A stretch of 63,470 nt of DNA, the filler included. It is 7 parts of 7 records of this genome, joined end to end, with 100 filler letters (N's around TTAATTAATTAA, not from the genome) between each part and the next. Parts side by side here need not be neighbours in the genome. Positions count along the whole stretch, not along the records: positions 1 to 13,874 come from SRR20825010_2570; positions 13,975 to 22,815 come from SRR20825010_2576; 5 more parts are not named here. One strand, 5' to 3'. Made by a program: the position numbers and the translations under genes. Positions within the stretch are counted from its first letter, which is position 1, and every line of letters begins with the position of its first letter. The notes under the pieces are model-generated. The model was not told the DNA's origin. It did not search any database and saw only the letters and a list, made by a program, of their open reading frames with translations. Of this stretch, positions 9,981-19,826 are shown piece by piece.

Positions 9981-11774
9981 TTATGACGTTTCTGAATTGA
10001 TGTTCAAATTGGACGACGTGCACGTGTTTAAGTCAGTGCTATATGCAGGAAAAGCTATCGGTATTAAAAAGCTAAAATGTGCGCCCCCTGAAGAATGGTT
10101 TGACACCGACATCTTCCCTCCATGCGCCTTTACAATTGACTGGCAGACAGCAAGGCCGATACCAATACCACTTTCCTTAGTGGTAAAGAAGGCATCAAAG
10201 ACGCGGTTGAGGTCATTCTTGGCAATTCCTGCACCGCTATCGTGAATAGACACAACGACCGAGAAATCATCATAGGTATCTGTAGTAAGCTCTATTCGTC
10301 GTAAATTCCCTGTGCTTTGCTCAACGGCATGAAGGCTATTTAATAGCAAATTAACGACTACCTGTTGTAGAAGAATACGATCTCCATTAACGCGCGGAAG
10401 TGAAGAAAACAGTTTTACTGAAACATCGATTGATCCGATGTCGATATCATGGCGAACAAATAATAGTGCTTCATTTACAACGTCATTCAAGTCCACCAGC
10501 GCTCGCTCAGGTGCACGCTTAGCAGCCATACCTCTAATACGCTGGACAATGTCACTTGCACGGCGAGCGCTCGTGGCGATGCGGCTAATTAGTTGTTCGA
10601 TCTTTAAGAGGTTAGGATCTTCACGCGCTAACCAACGTATGCTCGTTTCCGCGTTAGTGACGATGGCAGCGAGCGGTTGGTTGATTTCATGCGCGATTGA
10701 TGTTGCCAATTCTCCAAGTGTGGATATACGTGCAGCGTGGGTGAAATCAGTCTGAACCTGGCGAAGTAGCGCCTCCGTACGGAGACGCTCGGTCACATCC
10801 TCAAGGCTGATAAAGAGCACATCTCGTTCTTCAAACTGCGAGGGAAATGATAGGGAAATGAGTACATCCAGTTGTCGATTATCGAATGTACGTAATTTCA
10901 TTATCTCGGAATAGTCGCTCGTTCCATTGAAACGCGCGACCATGATCCTTCGGGCAGTTTCTGGTGACTCCTGGAACAAAAATCCCACAGGCCCAACGCA
11001 ATCCGAAAGAGCACTTCCGCCTAACAATGAGACTGCGCTTCTATTTGCCTCAGCAACACGTACAGTATCATTTGCAACGTCAATTAGCTCAGGGTGATCG
11101 TTCAGGTAAAGATCGAGATCATCAACACCCTCCGCTTTCAACTGGTCATATCGTTCAACCATGCCATTCGCATCAACACGCAACAAGGCAGTAGGTATAT
11201 AATGGAATAATTTCCGATAATGTTCTTCGCTTGCCTGCAACGTTGCAAAAGAATTTCCAATTCTCACGTTACCGTCGATAGCTAAAAGTAGAGTTTCCGG
11301 ACCTATATCCTTCGCTGAGCGATGAATAGTCACGACAGGGTCTAGTAATAATCCATATGACGCGATCTCACTCGTCCACCACCCATGTTCCCGGGGATGT
11401 GTAATAGCTGCAAAAACAAGTTCAAAAAGGACAGTTATGCTCTCCGAAGGCCAAAAATCCAAAATCGGACGACCTATCACGTTCTCACGATTGGCATTTG
11501 CCCCAAGGAGACGAACAGCAAATTCATTAACATCAGCGACACAGACGTTGGCTAGAATTCCGTCTCTAAATTTCGGCTTGAGTATTAAACCAGGCGCACC
11601 CAAATTCTTATGGGCGACGCTTGCCTCTCTTAAGAAATTACTAGCTGCCGCTGTATCTAGTTTCATAAGAACCGTTGATTGCGATTGTTTATGTTTTAGA
11701 AACTCAGCCGAATGGAATTGATCTTGTATAATATCTGAGGCAGTGAGTCCGAGTACATCAGAGATAGTAAGCAT
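9981..11774 (-). CDS. Cytoplasmic PAS-type sensor histidine kinase (NodV/FixL-like)
   Basis: AHEINQPL H-box, N-box QQVVVNLLLN, DSGAG, FFTTK, GIGIGL; no TM segments seen. Start ATG 11774 (SD GAGGA). Confidence 0.9.
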   Translation of the reverse strand: MLTISDVLGLTASDIIQDQFHSAEFLKHKQSQSTVLMKLDTAAASNFLREASVAHKNLGAPGLILKPKFRDGILANVCVADVNEFAVRLLGANANRENVIGRPILDFWPSESITVLFELVFAAITHPREHGWWTSEIASYGLLLDPVVTIHRSAKDIGPETLLLAIDGNVRIGNSFATLQASEEHYRKLFHYIPTALLRVDANGMVERYDQLKAEGVDDLDLYLNDHPELIDVANDTVRVAEANRSAVSLLGGSALSDCVGPVGFLFQESPETARRIMVARFNGTSDYSEIMKLRTFDNRQLDVLISLSFPSQFEERDVLFISLEDVTERLRTEALLRQVQTDFTHAARISTLGELATSIAHEINQPLAAIVTNAETSIRWLAREDPNLLKIEQLISRIATSARRASDIVQRIRGMAAKRAPERALVDLNDVVNEALLFVRHDIDIGSIDVSVKLFSSLPRVNGDRILLQQVVVNLLLNSLHAVEQSTGNLRRIELTTDTYDDFSVVVSIHDSGAGIAKNDLNRVFDAFFTTKESGIGIGLAVCQSIVKAHGGKMSVSNHSSGGAHFSFLIPIAFPAYSTDLNTCTSSNLNINSETS

Positions 11775-11900
11775 TTCCTCGCCCTTCTCGAATTCCTCCA
11801 ATAATACGCTCGATTACTCAGTGTTCATGTCACCAATAGCCAAAATACATTTGATGCTGGAAAGGGTCATAAATCTCAAATATCTACCTACATCACACCA

Positions 11901-12308
11901 TCATACATTCCCGTCTTGTGAAGCATTGAAATCAAATAATCTCTGGAGGTGGCGCAACAACTCCTCGTCAGCAAACGGTTTTGATATATAAGCAACTGCT
12001 CCCTTTTCCAACGCACGCTGCATCGTTACCGGGTCCGTATAAGAGGTTATAATAATCACAGGGATGGACGACCCCATCATGCGTAAAATCTCTTGAAGTT
12101 CCAGTCCGCCTATTCCCGGCATCTTTACATCTGTAATCAGACAGTCGAAGGAACGGTTGGAAATCTCCATTAAGAAATCCGCTGCGCGATCGAAAGTACA
12201 TGTTGAATAACCCAGTACTTGAAGAAGATTTGACAGCGCCTCGCGGACGGCTTCGTCGTCGTCTACGATTGCAATTACAGGTGCATCGGACAAATGATTG
12301 GTCCTCAT
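11901..12308 (-). CDS. Single-domain response regulator
   Basis: IVDDD, LITDVKMP and KPF receiver motifs; start approximate. Confidence 0.85.
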   Translation of the reverse strand: MRTNHLSDAPVIAIVDDDEAVREALSNLLQVLGYSTCTFDRAADFLMEISNRSFDCLITDVKMPGIGGLELQEILRMMGSSIPVIIITSYTDPVTMQRALEKGAVAYISKPFADEELLRHLQRLFDFNASQDGNV

Positions 12309-12381
12309 AAAAACGGCCTGATCGACCTCTCCTATCTTTCGCAGCTTTGACGGATAAATGTAACCATACCATTGTCTAGGT

Positions 12382-13026
12382 TCATCCTTGCTCGCGAAGA
12401 TTGGCAGGCAATGCTTCCCACGCACGAATAAGCTCACCAAGGGACTTAAACTGCATTTTTTTCATCACATTGCTTCGATGCAATTTTACGGTTACTTCAC
12501 TTATCCCAAGATCAAATGCTATTTGCTTGTTAAGACGTCCATTCGCGACCTCTTTCAGGACCTGACGCTCGCGCGGCGTCAACGTTTCCATCCGATCAGT
12601 ATACTCCTTGACAATCTGCGTTGAATTCCGTTGCGCAGCATCTCTCTCTATACCACGAGACACTGCATCCAGAAGCGCCTGATCCCGAACTGGTTTGGTT
12701 AGGAAATCTACGGCTCCCGCTTTCATCGCCTGGACTGTCATCGGAATATCACCATGACCGGTAAGAAAAACGATTGGCTTTTTATTACCTTTCGATACTA
12801 GGTGGTTCTGAAGATCCAGACCACTCGATCCTGGCATGCGGATATCAACCACCATGCACCCTACCCTTTCAGGCAACTCCGTTTCGAGCAGTTCATGCGA
12901 CGAAGTAAAGCAGGTAGCATCTATGTCAACTGACAGGAAAAGTTCCTGAAGCGCGCTTCGAATTTCATCATCATCGTCGACAATAACAACCAGTGGGCGT
13001 TCGATTGAAGTGCCTATCATGTTCAT
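12382..13026 (-). CDS. FixJ/NodW-like response regulator (receiver + LuxR HTH)
   Basis: VDDD, DIRMP, LTPRERQV...NKQIAFDLGISEVTVKLHR. Confidence 0.92.
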   Translation of the reverse strand: MNMIGTSIERPLVVIVDDDDEIRSALQELFLSVDIDATCFTSSHELLETELPERVGCMVVDIRMPGSSGLDLQNHLVSKGNKKPIVFLTGHGDIPMTVQAMKAGAVDFLTKPVRDQALLDAVSRGIERDAAQRNSTQIVKEYTDRMETLTPRERQVLKEVANGRLNKQIAFDLGISEVTVKLHRSNVMKKMQFKSLGELIRAWEALPANLREQG

Positions 13027-13592
13027 GATTTTACCTTTCGAACTGATGTAGTCAGGCTCGCTTCACTTGACTTTCGGGTGCGCGACCTGACGCGATTTTC
13101 GATCCAATCCTGGACATTAGCTGAAAAATCCGATGGGGCTTTTTGATCAACCATATGAGCAAGATCGGCAAGAGATTGCTCTGCCAGAGACTTCCGCATC
13201 GCCTTTTCTGCCTGCAGCATTACTTTGTGAACTGAACAAAGGCCGGACGTAGCCCAAACCGGCGGCTCACCATCGAATACTGCACAACGACCGCGAATTT
13301 CCTGGCAATCAAACAGCGGCTTCCTGCCTTCAATTGCATCCAATACCTGTAGAAAACTGATATTTTCCGGGCGCCGGGCGAGAACATATCCTCCACGCGC
13401 ACCCTCCGTCGCATTAACTATGCCCGCTTTTTCAAGTTTTGCGAAAATCTTGGCAAGAAAGCTGGGTGAGATGCCTTGCAACTTTGCGAGATCACGATTG
13501 CTGAGCGGAGTGGCATCAGCGTCGATGAGCCACAACAGACAATGAAGACCGTATTCTACCTTAACCGTTATATGTGCCATAACGTGGATCAT
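13023..13592 (-). CDS. Rrf2-family transcriptional regulator, RsrR-like
   Basis: VEYGLH N-terminus, GARGGY wing, FDCQEIR and LCSVH cysteines. Start at 13592 (SD GGAG) or 13580. Confidence 0.85.
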   Translation of the reverse strand: MIHVMAHITVKVEYGLHCLLWLIDADATPLSNRDLAKLQGISPSFLAKIFAKLEKAGIVNATEGARGGYVLARRPENISFLQVLDAIEGRKPLFDCQEIRGRCAVFDGEPPVWATSGLCSVHKVMLQAEKAMRKSLAEQSLADLAHMVDQKAPSDFSANVQDWIENRVRSRTRKSSEASLTTSVRKVKS

Positions 13593-13619
13593 ATCACTCC
13601 ACGTTATTGTTTTCAAGAA

Positions 13620-13648
13620 TAAACGTAGACTCCTAAAGTCCGCGTTTA
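13620..13648. promoter_or_regulatory. Imperfect 12-5-12 inverted repeat, candidate Rrf2 operator
   Basis: TAAACGTAGACT-CCTAA-AGTCCGCGTTTA (10/12 complementary) just upstream of the Rrf2 start. Confidence 0.55.
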
Positions 13649-13708
13649 GAAAAATCTGCCCCATAATTGCTTCAGCGTAATTTTTCTGACGATACAGAAT
13701 CTGTGTGT

Positions 13709-13873
13709 TCATCGGCGATCTCCGATGAACTTTTGCGTAACCTTGAAGGCAAGAACCAACGGTGCCGCCACTAGAAAAAGCAGAACGAGCGAAAAGAATG
13801 CTTCGTTAAAAGACAGTGCCGCCACCTGGGTTATTATTGTATTCTGTATTAGAGTCGAACTACTTCCACTTGC
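13709..13873 (-). CDS. C-terminal fragment of DHA2 (EmrB-like) MFS efflux permease
   Basis: Not in the ORF track. Reads ...ITQVAALSFNEAFFSLVLLFLVAAPLVLAFKVTQKFIGDRR*, matching the EmrB last-helix pattern; cut by the spacer. Confidence 0.6.
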   Translation of the reverse strand, partial: ASGSSSTLIQNTIITQVAALSFNEAFFSLVLLFLVAAPLVLAFKVTQKFIGDRR

Positions 13874-13874
13874 G

Positions 13875-13974
13875 NNNNNNNNNNNNNNNNNNNNNNNNNN
13901 NNNNNNNNNNNNNNNNNNTTAATTAATTAANNNNNNNNNNNNNNNNNNNNNNNNNNNNNNNNNNNNNNNNNNNN
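13875..13974. other. Artificial contig spacer
   Basis: N44-TTAATTAATTAA-N44 (stops in all six frames). Confidence 0.99.
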
Positions 13975-13980
13975 CCTTTC

Positions 13981-14122
13981 CCTTCGACTGCGCTCAGGGA
14001 CCGAATTTAAGTTTAAAGTCTAGGGAGAGGGAGGGAATGCGGCACCGCCGCATTCCCTCCCTCTCCCTTTAAGCCAAAATTGACCGGAGGCTGAGCGCCG
14101 GTTGGTGAGCTCGTCGAACCAA
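13981..14122. repeat. Bacteroidota REP-like palindromic cluster enclosing a perfect 22-bp hairpin
   Basis: CTTCGACTGCGCTCAG at 13982 and an inverted, interrupted CTGAGCGC..GTCGAAC at 14091-14119. Perfect inverted repeat 14022-14043/14047-14068. Confidence 0.6.
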
Positions 14123-14469
14123 GTCCCTGATTGAACATACGTGCAGGTGTCCGAATACACATTTTATTTTTTGTGGACAATTTGCTTCGCCTGACGAGAT
14201 AATACTTTCCAAATCCCTTTTTAATATTCCATATGCATCAGATTATTTGGTGTTTATGGTTTTTTGTGCCCAATAAATTTTAATTTGTAAGGAGTTTTCG
14301 GATTGGCGTCACTGGCATTTAAGGCTAGAATGTTAATTGATTTTTGATAATTCGGAGATGATTTTTTCTCATCTCACTCTTAAAAATCGGGCAAAATCTC
14401 AAGCTAAAAGCGTACGTAGTCCTTCATCTTTGAAAGGATATTTTACTATTAACCTAATAATTTTTACCT

Positions 14470-17400
14470 ATGGCTACTTTGAAAATAATGCTGAAAGGAC
14501 AGGATCATTCTTCTTACCTCACTGGAGATGATCGGGGATTTGAATTGTACCAACTGGACCAAGCATACACGGTGGAAAGTCCCACCAGAGGGGATATTCC
14601 TGAGCAAATTCTCGAAATAGATGATAACAAGATAGTTGAGTTTGAATTTGAAGATAACACCGTCTGGATGGCGGATAATGAATCCTTAACCACACTTTTT
14701 CAGCAGAAAATCAAACGTTCCGCAGACGGAGATGAACTCTATCTGCCAGATGAATTAGAATCTAATGAACAGGACAGGGGTATAATCAAAAAGATCGGTA
14801 TTAAGCTGGTGAAGGTCTTTGTGAAAAAGAACATCATCAAGCCCAAAATGCTGGAAATGGCGATAAACCTTGAAAATAAGCAGTTGGCTTTTACTGGTGA
14901 AAATTTTAAAAAAGTGGATTATGGAGTTTTGGCGGCCTGTTCGCCAGAAATAGAATTGAGTACACTGGAACTTGACGAGGCCACTGGGGAAGCAAAATTG
15001 GAAGTAAGAAGTAGGTATTTACTCTTGTTGCACGGAACAGCTTCTTCTACTGTAAGTTCCTTTGGGGATTTGAAAGATTCTGAGGAGTGGAAGACCTTGA
15101 TTAAAGGCTACGGCAATAATCATTTGCTTGCCTTCCAGCATAGATCCTTGACTGCAAGTCCATTGGAAAACATTCTGCAGCTTGTGCAAAATCTTCCATC
15201 TGGAATTGAGTTGGATCTTTTAAGTCATTCGCGAGGAGGATTACTGGCTGATTTGTTGGCTAGATTTTCAACTAGCCCCGCAGGTTTTGATTCCACGGAG
15301 AGGGCACTTTTCAGTACAAATGAAAGAACCCGAGATCTAGATGTGATCCAAAAGATTCATGAAATTCTAAAAAACAAAAAGATCAAAGTTAAATCCATGG
15401 TGCGGGTGGCATGTCCAGCCAACGGCACCACATTAGCTTCAAATCGACTGAATATCTTCTTGAACGTCACTTTCAATCTGGTGGGACTGGCAGTAGGGCA
15501 AGTAGGAAATCCCATTTTCGTTGCCTTCAAGGAGTTCCTTATGGAGGCGGTGGCCTGTAAGGATGATGTGGATGTTTTGCCTGGATTAGAAGCTATGAAT
15601 CCACAATCTCCTTTCATCAAAGCGATGAATTACCAGGCTTCAGAGATTGAAATAGACTTTCCTTTATATGTAGTGGGAGGTAGTGGCGAATTGAGCCTAA
15701 GCTTTAAGACACTCGTGGTAATTCTGGGTAAATTCTTCTTTATGAAGAAAAATGACTTGGTGGTAGACACCGAAAGCATGAAGTGGGGTTCGAGAAGAGT
15801 TTCAGGAAAAGTGTACGTCTTTATAGAGAAAAGTGGGGACATAAATCATTTTAAATACTTCTGTACTCCGAATACCTTAAAAGCTTTGATTTCTGGTTTG
15901 TCGGCGGTCAACGATGTGTTTGAATTGAAACTGGCGGATAAAGAAAGAGGAATAGCTGGAATAGAGTCTGGTGCATATAAAAGTGATAAGGTATCTGGAA
16001 ACAGACCTATAGCTGTCTTGATTCCCGGTATCATGGGCTCAAATATCGGCGAGAAAGATGATTTGCTATGGATCAATTATTGGAGATTTATCAAAGGGGA
16101 ATTGAAGGGTTTAGCCTATGACCCATCTATGCCCAGTAAGCTATCACCTCATTCTTTGATCAAAACTTCCTATGGAAATCTTGGAGATAAATTAGCCAGC
16201 AGTTACGATATAGTCACTTTTCAATTTGATTGGAGAATTCCACTGAAAGAGAGCGCTGCACTTTTTGATAAAAAAATAAAAGAACTTCTGATTCATAATC
16301 AACCTGTCAAAATCGTAGCCCATAGTATGGGAGGGGTTTTGGTTAGGGACTTTATGGTATATCATAAGGCTACTTGGCAAAAACTCAATAATTCCATTGG
16401 ATTTCGAGCGGTATTTTTAGGCTCACCATTAGGCGGTTCCTATCGTATTCCTTATGTACTTTTCGGCAAGGATAGCTTGATCAAATTACTTGGAAAAATA
16501 GATATCAAGCATTCTACCAAGGAACTGATAGCCGTGTTCTGCAATTTCCCTGGGATTCTTAATCTCTTACCGATTAGTAAGGAAGCTAGACACGATTTCT
16601 CTGATAGGAAATTATGGGAAAGAATGCGAGGGGCGTCTGGAGATGACTCTTGGCCTATACCTTCTCAACGAGTTCTTGATGAATTCGGCGCTCACCAAAA
16701 TGAAGTTTTGAAGGTGATAGATACTATAGACTACTCCAACATCACCTACATCGCTGGACAAAGTGGGAAGAAGAATTTTACCGTATCAAATTTAGGTATT
16801 GAGGATGGGGAGTTGGTATTCTATGCTACCAATTCCGGGGATGAGAGTGTCACTTGGGCTTCAGGAATTCCAAAAGATATCCATGACAAAAAGCAAGTTT
16901 ACTATGCTAATGTCACGCATGGAGGATTATCCAAGGAAAAGAATCTGTTTGCAGGCATAGAAGATTTGCTGATCTATGGTAGTACAAAAAGGCTCCAAAA
17001 TAGCCTTCCAAAATCAAGAGGAGAGGAGCGGGAGTTTGCTCCAACAGAAACTGAGATTTTTGACATCTCTGAAGAGAAAGTAATAAACACCATTTTGGGT
17101 GTGGGAGAGGTAGAGGAAAAATGGCATGAAGAGAAACCTATGCTGGTTTCGGTAAGTCACGGTGATTTGAAATACGCCAAATATCCAGTGCTTGCCGGAC
17201 ATTTTCAATACGATGCTATTCTCACTACTGAAATCGCGATTGACCGTCAGTTGGATGGTGAGCTGACCAGACTTCATGGCTTAGGTTTATATCCAGGACC
17301 GATTGGTACAAATCAAATTGTCCTAAACGAAGATTTGACCAAAAGATCATTCAAAGGTGGGGTGATTGTAGGGTTAGGGGTTCCTGGGGAACTTTCTTCT

Positions 17401-19821
17401 TTTGCCCTAATGAATTCCATAGAGAAGGGAGTTGCTAGATACTTGACTATCAAGAAAGAAGAGGAAAATAGAACTTCGATGGATGAAGGTAGCAGTCCTG
17501 CTATTAATGGTATTTCTGTTATAGCTATTGCAAATGCCTATGGGGGACTTTCTACTGAGAGTTCTATTCGTGCGATTATTTTAGGTATTCAGCGAGCAAA
17601 TCAAAGCATAGATAGAGTTTACAAAGGGGAGATCAAAGGGATTGAAGAAGTGGAAATTATTGAGATTTTCAATGATAAGGCGCTTTCAATCCTGAAAACT
17701 ATCCAGCGCTTAGAAGTAGATGACAGTAAGGAGTTTAATATAGTATTCAATGAGAAGGGACTGAACTACACCTTAGGCAAACGCTGGAGAATACCATATG
17801 ACTATGCTAATGACTGGTGGACACGAGTGAGCGTATGCCATGAATTGAAATTAAAAGAGACGGATGAGTTTGAGGATTCGATACGTATGTCCATCGCATC
17901 AAATGGTGCTAGCGAGAAGGTAGAATATATGCCGGCACATGATAAAACGCTTGAGGTGTTACTGAAGAGGATGACATTGGAAAACCAATATTCACCTGAA
18001 ATAGCAAAAACCATGTTTGAGCTATTGATACCGTATCAGTTCAAGGAGGAAGTGAAGCGCCTTAACAATGTTTCTTGGATATTGGATGTAGCCTCAGCGG
18101 AATATCCTTGGGAAATGATCCAAGAAGATGTAGATGCGGTACCGCTCTGTGTTCATACTGGGATGGTTCGACAGCTAGCTTCCATGCAATTCCGAGAAAA
18201 AATAGCACGGGTAAATGCCAAAACAGCATTGGTAGTAGGTGATCCCATGCTTGATAAGTTTATGCCACAACTTCCTGGTGCTTTGCGCGAAGCAGAAACT
18301 GTGGTAAGTATTCTCAAGAAAAATGATTACGAGATACAAAGCTTAATAAGCAGTTCTGCAACGGAGATTATACTCAAGCTTTTCTCCAGAAATCATAAAA
18401 TCATACACTTAGCTGGTCATGGCGTATACCGATATGGACCAAACCGCTCTACAGGTATGGTTATTGGCAATGATACTTTTTTATCACCAAGCCAGATAGC
18501 AGGGATGAGTTCTTCAGCTGAGTTAGTTTTTGTGAATTGCTGTTACCTCGGATTGATAGATAGGAAAGCAGAGGAGGGAAGTCTATATAGGAATAAGTTT
18601 GCGGCTAATATTGGAACACAACTTATTTACAATGGCGCTAGGGCAGTGATCGTAGCAGGATGGGCTGTGGACGATGCTGCTGCTCTGAAGTTTTCCCAAT
18701 TGTTTTATAGTAATATGTTCGATGGGTTGGCATTTGGTGAATCCGTCAAGCGGGCTAGAAAGAAGATTTACGAAGAGTTTGGGCATAGAACCAATACTTG
18801 GGGAGCTTTTCAGTGCTATGGAGATCCTTTTTATAAACTGACTGAAGACGGTTCGGGACGAGGTAACGAGGATGACTTATTGGTCAGCGAGGAAGTGGAG
18901 ATTGAGTTTCAGAATACATTGGAATCCATGGGTGCCAATAATTATAATCATGAGTACATCCTGACTCGGATTAATTTGGTTTTGGAAAAGATGAAAAACA
19001 GAAATATGCTCACTGATAAAATACAGGAGCTATCTGCTGGAATCTATGCTGGATTGCAGGAATATGAGAAATCATGCGACTGCTTTGAGAAACTCATGAA
19101 ATCCAAAAAATCAGAATTTACTATTAAGGGATTTGAGAAATACTGTAATATTCAAGCCAAACTTTCCCTTCAAAAATTTGCTGCTAAGACAATTGACTTG
19201 AAAGAAGCAGTGAAAATAATAGACAAAGTAATCACTGATCTGGAGGGGCTTGGGAATCATTTTGGAGCAAGTGCGGAAAGATGGTCTTTGATCGGAAGTG
19301 CGTACAAACGCAAAATGCATCTGCTCAAAGGCTCATCACAAAAAGATGTGATGGAAGCACTCGTTCAGTCGATCAACGCCTATAAGGAAGCCAGCATTTC
19401 TTCAGAAAATAAAGATGCATATCCATTGACCAATTGGTTGACACTTGCACGAATTCAGGGTTTACTACAAGGCAAAGACAGCATTCGATTAATTGATTTG
19501 GAAGCGAGGAAGGCTATGCAGAAAATTTATGACGAAATAAATGAAGACACTAAAAGGAAAGATGACTTCTGGGCGATGTCTAATTATTCCAATATTATGC
19601 TAACTCAGTTTATGTTGGGTACTAGCAAGCCCAAGGATGGGGAAATTGCACATCAATACTTGAAATTATGGGATTTGGCTGGTAATAAGGGACAAAAAGT
19701 AGCAGAATTGGAGCACTTTGAAATATTAGGTGTCTTACTGGAGAATATCAAAATTGAGGGCTTTTCTTCCGTCAAGGACGGACTAACTAAAATCCAAAAA
19801 GCTCTTGAAGAAGCTCTTTAA
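14470..19821 (+). CDS. Multidomain protein: two lipase-like alpha/beta hydrolase domains + CHAT (caspase/separase-like) protease + C-terminal helical/TPR-like region
   Basis: LHGTASS/SHSRGG (S254), PGIMGS/AHSMGG (S619), YPWEM, IHLAGHG (H1317), FVNCC (C1358), TWGAFQCYGDP. Confidence 0.85.
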   Translation: MATLKIMLKGQDHSSYLTGDDRGFELYQLDQAYTVESPTRGDIPEQILEIDDNKIVEFEFEDNTVWMADNESLTTLFQQKIKRSADGDELYLPDELESNEQDRGIIKKIGIKLVKVFVKKNIIKPKMLEMAINLENKQLAFTGENFKKVDYGVLAACSPEIELSTLELDEATGEAKLEVRSRYLLLLHGTASSTVSSFGDLKDSEEWKTLIKGYGNNHLLAFQHRSLTASPLENILQLVQNLPSGIELDLLSHSRGGLLADLLARFSTSPAGFDSTERALFSTNERTRDLDVIQKIHEILKNKKIKVKSMVRVACPANGTTLASNRLNIFLNVTFNLVGLAVGQVGNPIFVAFKEFLMEAVACKDDVDVLPGLEAMNPQSPFIKAMNYQASEIEIDFPLYVVGGSGELSLSFKTLVVILGKFFFMKKNDLVVDTESMKWGSRRVSGKVYVFIEKSGDINHFKYFCTPNTLKALISGLSAVNDVFELKLADKERGIAGIESGAYKSDKVSGNRPIAVLIPGIMGSNIGEKDDLLWINYWRFIKGELKGLAYDPSMPSKLSPHSLIKTSYGNLGDKLASSYDIVTFQFDWRIPLKESAALFDKKIKELLIHNQPVKIVAHSMGGVLVRDFMVYHKATWQKLNNSIGFRAVFLGSPLGGSYRIPYVLFGKDSLIKLLGKIDIKHSTKELIAVFCNFPGILNLLPISKEARHDFSDRKLWERMRGASGDDSWPIPSQRVLDEFGAHQNEVLKVIDTIDYSNITYIAGQSGKKNFTVSNLGIEDGELVFYATNSGDESVTWASGIPKDIHDKKQVYYANVTHGGLSKEKNLFAGIEDLLIYGSTKRLQNSLPKSRGEEREFAPTETEIFDISEEKVINTILGVGEVEEKWHEEKPMLVSVSHGDLKYAKYPVLAGHFQYDAILTTEIAIDRQLDGELTRLHGLGLYPGPIGTNQIVLNEDLTKRSFKGGVIVGLGVPGELSSFALMNSIEKGVARYLTIKKEEENRTSMDEGSSPAINGISVIAIANAYGGLSTESSIRAIILGIQRANQSIDRVYKGEIKGIEEVEIIEIFNDKALSILKTIQRLEVDDSKEFNIVFNEKGLNYTLGKRWRIPYDYANDWWTRVSVCHELKLKETDEFEDSIRMSIASNGASEKVEYMPAHDKTLEVLLKRMTLENQYSPEIAKTMFELLIPYQFKEEVKRLNNVSWILDVASAEYPWEMIQEDVDAVPLCVHTGMVRQLASMQFREKIARVNAKTALVVGDPMLDKFMPQLPGALREAETVVSILKKNDYEIQSLISSSATEIILKLFSRNHKIIHLAGHGVYRYGPNRSTGMVIGNDTFLSPSQIAGMSSSAELVFVNCCYLGLIDRKAEEGSLYRNKFAANIGTQLIYNGARAVIVAGWAVDDAAALKFSQLFYSNMFDGLAFGESVKRARKKIYEEFGHRTNTWGAFQCYGDPFYKLTEDGSGRGNEDDLLVSEEVEIEFQNTLESMGANNYNHEYILTRINLVLEKMKNRNMLTDKIQELSAGIYAGLQEYEKSCDCFEKLMKSKKSEFTIKGFEKYCNIQAKLSLQKFAAKTIDLKEAVKIIDKVITDLEGLGNHFGASAERWSLIGSAYKRKMHLLKGSSQKDVMEALVQSINAYKEASISSENKDAYPLTNWLTLARIQGLLQGKDSIRLIDLEARKAMQKIYDEINEDTKRKDDFWAMSNYSNIMLTQFMLGTSKPKDGEIAHQYLKLWDLAGNKGQKVAELEHFEILGVLLENIKIEGFSSVKDGLTKIQKALEEAL

Positions 19822-19826
19822 CTGGC

